From an uncultured Thermodesulfobacteriota bacterium (lineage in GTDB: Bacteria > Desulfobacterota > Desulfarculia > Adiutricales > JAFDHD01), in assembly GCA_964629485.1 (NCBI GenBank), contig CAZVRN010000001.1:1-27326 (forward strand): DNA of 27,326 nt. The letters run 5' to 3'. A model generated the notes under the pieces. The model was not told the DNA's origin and searched no databases. It saw nothing but the letters and a program-made list of their open reading frames with translations. Made by a program: the position numbers and the translations under genes. Positions 25,093 to 27,326 of this stretch are shown one piece after another. Position 1 is the stretch's first letter. Every line of letters begins with the position of its first letter.

Positions 25093-25240
25093 ATGCGAGA
25101 GGGTGGAATTTTACTGACCAAGGAAGAACGGACAAGGTATCATCATCATACGTATGGTGAAAAATGGTGGGCTGACCTTGAAAGAGGCAAGCGCTAAAAT
25201 GGGCCTTGGCTGCCGCCAGAGCAAGAGGGTAAAAAAAAGA
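25093..25240 (+). pseudogene. Frameshifted N-terminal HTH fragment of an ISNCY/IS1202-like transposase
   Basis: MREGGILLTKEERTRYH, +1 shift at 25144, then IIRMVKNGGLTLKEASAKMGLGCRQSKRVKKR. This resembles the 'E..RY.II..V..G.LT.KEA...MG...RQ..R.K.R' N-termini of these transposases. Confidence 0.6.
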
Positions 25241-25273
25241 GGTTCAGGCCAATGCTGCTTTAAGGATAACTTG

Positions 25274-25295
25274 AAAGGGGGCCGAAGCCCCCTTT
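25274..25295 (-). terminator. Rho-independent terminator of the crotonase gene
   Basis: Minus strand reads AAAGGGGG-C(TTCG)G-CCCCCTTT, a UUCG tetraloop, 7 bp after the stop. Confidence 0.75.
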
Positions 25296-25302
25296 AGAGT
25301 CT

Positions 25303-26097
25303 TTAACGGCCCTTCCACTGAGGCGGGCGTTTTTGGACAAAAGCGAGCGGGCCTTCTTTGACGTCTTCGGAATTATACATCTTCTGAACACCCGGCCACT
25401 GTGTCTTCATGGCCTCTTCCAATGACATATGAAGACCCATGGTCGTACATTCCTTGCTGGCCCGCAGTGAAAGCGGCGCACCGAGCAGAATTTCATCAAT
25501 CCACTTATCAACGGTCGCCATCAAGTCAGCCGCGGGAACAACCTCATTCACAATACCGTACCCTGCGGCTTCCTGGGCCGTGATACGCTTGGATGTCATG
25601 ATCATGCCCATGGCCAGATGATAAGGCATTTGCCGCGGAAGACGATGGACTCCGCCGGCGCCGGGCATTAAGCCGACCCGGTGTTCCGGCAGACCGAAGG
25701 TGGCGTTTTCAGCCGCAATGATGATGTCGCAGGCCAGGGCGATCTCGAAACCGCCGCCCAGGGCCAGGCCGTTGACCGCGGCGATAAAGGGCTTGAAGCA
25801 GTCAAACCGGGCGGTAATGCCGCCGAATCCGCCCTTGACTCCCTGCATGGCAGCCATCATTTCTTCTCGGGTATGGGTAGATTGATATTTAAGATCATTG
25901 CCCGCGGAAAAAGCGCGATCTCCGGCCCCGGTTATAACGCAGATCCACTGGTCATCATCCTCGTGGAATTCATTAAACGCCGTATCCAGTTCCTTGGTGG
26001 TTTCCGGGCTGATAGCATTCATAACCTCTGGACGATTAATTGTAACGGTTGTTACGTGTTCCCTTTTCTTCTCTACAAGGATTTGTTCAAAAGCCAT
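25303..26097 (-). CDS. Enoyl-CoA hydratase/isomerase (crotonase family)
   Basis: NRPEVMNAI, AFSAGNDLK, ALGGGFEIALACD, FGLPEHRVGL and KEGPLAFVQKRPPQWKGR. AAGGAGG RBS present. Confidence 0.95.
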   Translation of the reverse strand: MAFEQILVEKKREHVTTVTINRPEVMNAISPETTKELDTAFNEFHEDDDQWICVITGAGDRAFSAGNDLKYQSTHTREEMMAAMQGVKGGFGGITARFDCFKPFIAAVNGLALGGGFEIALACDIIIAAENATFGLPEHRVGLMPGAGGVHRLPRQMPYHLAMGMIMTSKRITAQEAAGYGIVNEVVPAADLMATVDKWIDEILLGAPLSLRASKECTTMGLHMSLEEAMKTQWPGVQKMYNSEDVKEGPLAFVQKRPPQWKGR

Positions 26098-26290
26098 AAC
26101 CTACCTCCTTTATTTTTTGCTGAATGGCATTTGTTTTGCCCGATTTAGAAGGGCGGTCACCCCGTCCCGTAAACCTGATTTCCAACGAGAATATAAGTGA
26201 AATTCACCTAGACCTCGCGCTTAGGGCCTTCCTGGCCCGATCGGCTTCCTATTTCTCGGTTCCATTACGATTCCCTCTTAATCGGCTAGC

Positions 26291-26319
26291 ATATTAAGCC
26301 TAATAAGGTGGTTTTGTAA
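26291..26319 (-). promoter_or_regulatory. Candidate sigma70 promoter for the crotonase gene
   Basis: Minus strand TTACAA-17 bp-TAATAT, which would give a leader of about 185 nt. Confidence 0.35.
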
Positions 26320-26356
26320 ACCTTTTATTGTTTTTTTATGAATTGATTTTAGTAAC

Positions 26357-26442
26357 AGGACCTCTGAAAAATAAGTAATTTTGTTAAATTCGCGAAATCT
26401 GGCCATGAGTTTGGCTAAAGGACAAAGTTCTTAAGAGGCCTC
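26357..26442 (+). mobile_element. Miniature inverted-repeat element, copy D (86 bp)
   Basis: AGGACCTCTGAAAAAT...TAATTTTGTT...GGCTAAAGGACAAAGTTCTTAAGAGGCCTC, closely colinear with copy C. Flanks GTAAC/GCAGC match at only 3/5. Confidence 0.75.
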
Positions 26443-26451
26443 GCAGCATTG

Positions 26452-27326
26452 TTAAAGAAGCATTTCGCCTCTGGCCGCCATCCGGGCGGCCAGACGCAAA
26501 GCCGCGAGCATGCTCGACGGGTCGGCCCGCCCCTGGCCGGCGATATCATAGGCTGTCCCGTGATCCACGGACGTCCTGATAAAAGGCAGCCCCAGGGTGA
26601 CGTTGACGCCGTCTCTGAAATGCAGCAGCTTAAGCGGAATCAGGGCCTGGTCGTGGTACATGCAGACCACCGCGTCAAATTCTCCCTGAACAGCCCGGTA
26701 AAAAAGGCTGTCAGCCGGAAAAGGTCCCCGGATGTCCAGGTCCTCTTTCCTGGCCAGGCTGACGGCCGGTTCGATAATCTCCTTCTCCTCGTGGCCGAAT
26801 AAACCTTCTTCGGAAGCGTGAGGGTTCAAGGCCGCCACGGCCAGGCGCGGGCGGGCCAGCCCGAAGTAGCGTTTAAGAGATTCATTGGTTATCCGCGCCG
26901 TGGTTACGATCCGTTCGACACTCAGGAGTTGAGGCACATCACGAAAGGCATGATGCGTTGTCACCAGGACTACGCGAAGGCTTTTCCCGGCCAGCATCAT
27001 AACCACCTCAACGCCTCCGGCCAGGTCGGCCAGCATTTCCGTATGACCCTGGTAATGATGCCCGGCCCTGTTTAAGGACAGCTTGCTGATTGGGGCCGTG
27101 ACCAGGGCCTGGATCTGCCCTGCCAGGGCCAGTTCGGCTCCTGTTTTTATATATTGCGCCGCGGCAAGCCCGGACTCGCGGCTGGGTCGGCCCGGAACGA
27201 GATTCTGAGGTTCGAGGTTCGAAAGCGGCAGCAGGTCAATTGTCCCGAATTCTCCGCAAGGCGCCTGGCCGGGTTCGAGGATATTAATTTTTGTTTTCAG
27301 GCCCAGGAGATGGAAAGACCGCTCGA
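26452..27326 (-). CDS. pdxA: 4-hydroxythreonine-4-phosphate dehydrogenase, 5'-partial (runs off the window end)
   Basis: The frame is open beyond the track's 27036 start and contains VTAPISK..NRAGHHYQGHTEMLA, then LNPHASEEG, GPFPADS, MYHDQALIPLK and TSVDHGTAYDIAG. Confidence 0.93.
   Translation of the reverse strand, partial: ERSFHLLGLKTKINILEPGQAPCGEFGTIDLLPLSNLEPQNLVPGRPSRESGLAAAQYIKTGAELALAGQIQALVTAPISKLSLNRAGHHYQGHTEMLADLAGGVEVVMMLAGKSLRVVLVTTHHAFRDVPQLLSVERIVTTARITNESLKRYFGLARPRLAVAALNPHASEEGLFGHEEKEIIEPAVSLARKEDLDIRGPFPADSLFYRAVQGEFDAVVCMYHDQALIPLKLLHFRDGVNVTLGLPFIRTSVDHGTAYDIAGQGRADPSSMLAALRLAARMAARGEMLL

Noticed and set aside
26197-26207. GTGAAATTCAC as a Rex box
   Set aside because: The half-sites are separated by 1 nt rather than the 4 nt Rex requires.
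4752-26442. Interpretation of the repeated TTAAGAAC/GTTCTTAA elements as a CRISPR array
   Set aside because: Copies are dispersed kilobases apart in both orientations, with no repeat-spacer periodicity and no cas genes.

Overview
This is a mostly housekeeping and metabolic region. Gene content and synteny (rex-atpE-atpB-atpI-atpZ-hemL-ahbB, RNase J, PEP-CTERM-type protein) suggest an anaerobic deltaproteobacterium (Desulfobacterota); that taxonomy is an inference. Recognisable genes: a LivH-type ABC permease, a type-B carboxylesterase, a LarA-family nickel-pincer racemase/epimerase, a CCG-domain Fe-S protein, a NarL/LuxR response regulator, rnj, plsC, Usp, an FmdE-like protein, an acyl-CoA ligase, a stand-alone biotin carboxylase, rex, the F0 half of a split ATP synthase operon, hemL, ahbB, a crotonase and a partial pdxA. 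Five non-routine items stand out. (1) A translationally coupled pair of paralogous dynamin-like GTPases, one with two transmembrane helices. (2) A family of about 8 intergenic miniature inverted-repeat elements in three size classes (about 51, 83-87 and 116-139 bp) sharing ~16-bp termini; two copies have clean 5-bp target-site duplications. (3) An ammonium transporter remnant that lacks its 5' end and has an in-frame central deletion. (4) An esterase-LarA-CCG cluster that could form a 2-hydroxy-acid ester pathway. (5) A frameshifted transposase N-terminus missed by the ORF track. No tRNA, rRNA or CRISPR array was seen. All alignments were done by eye.
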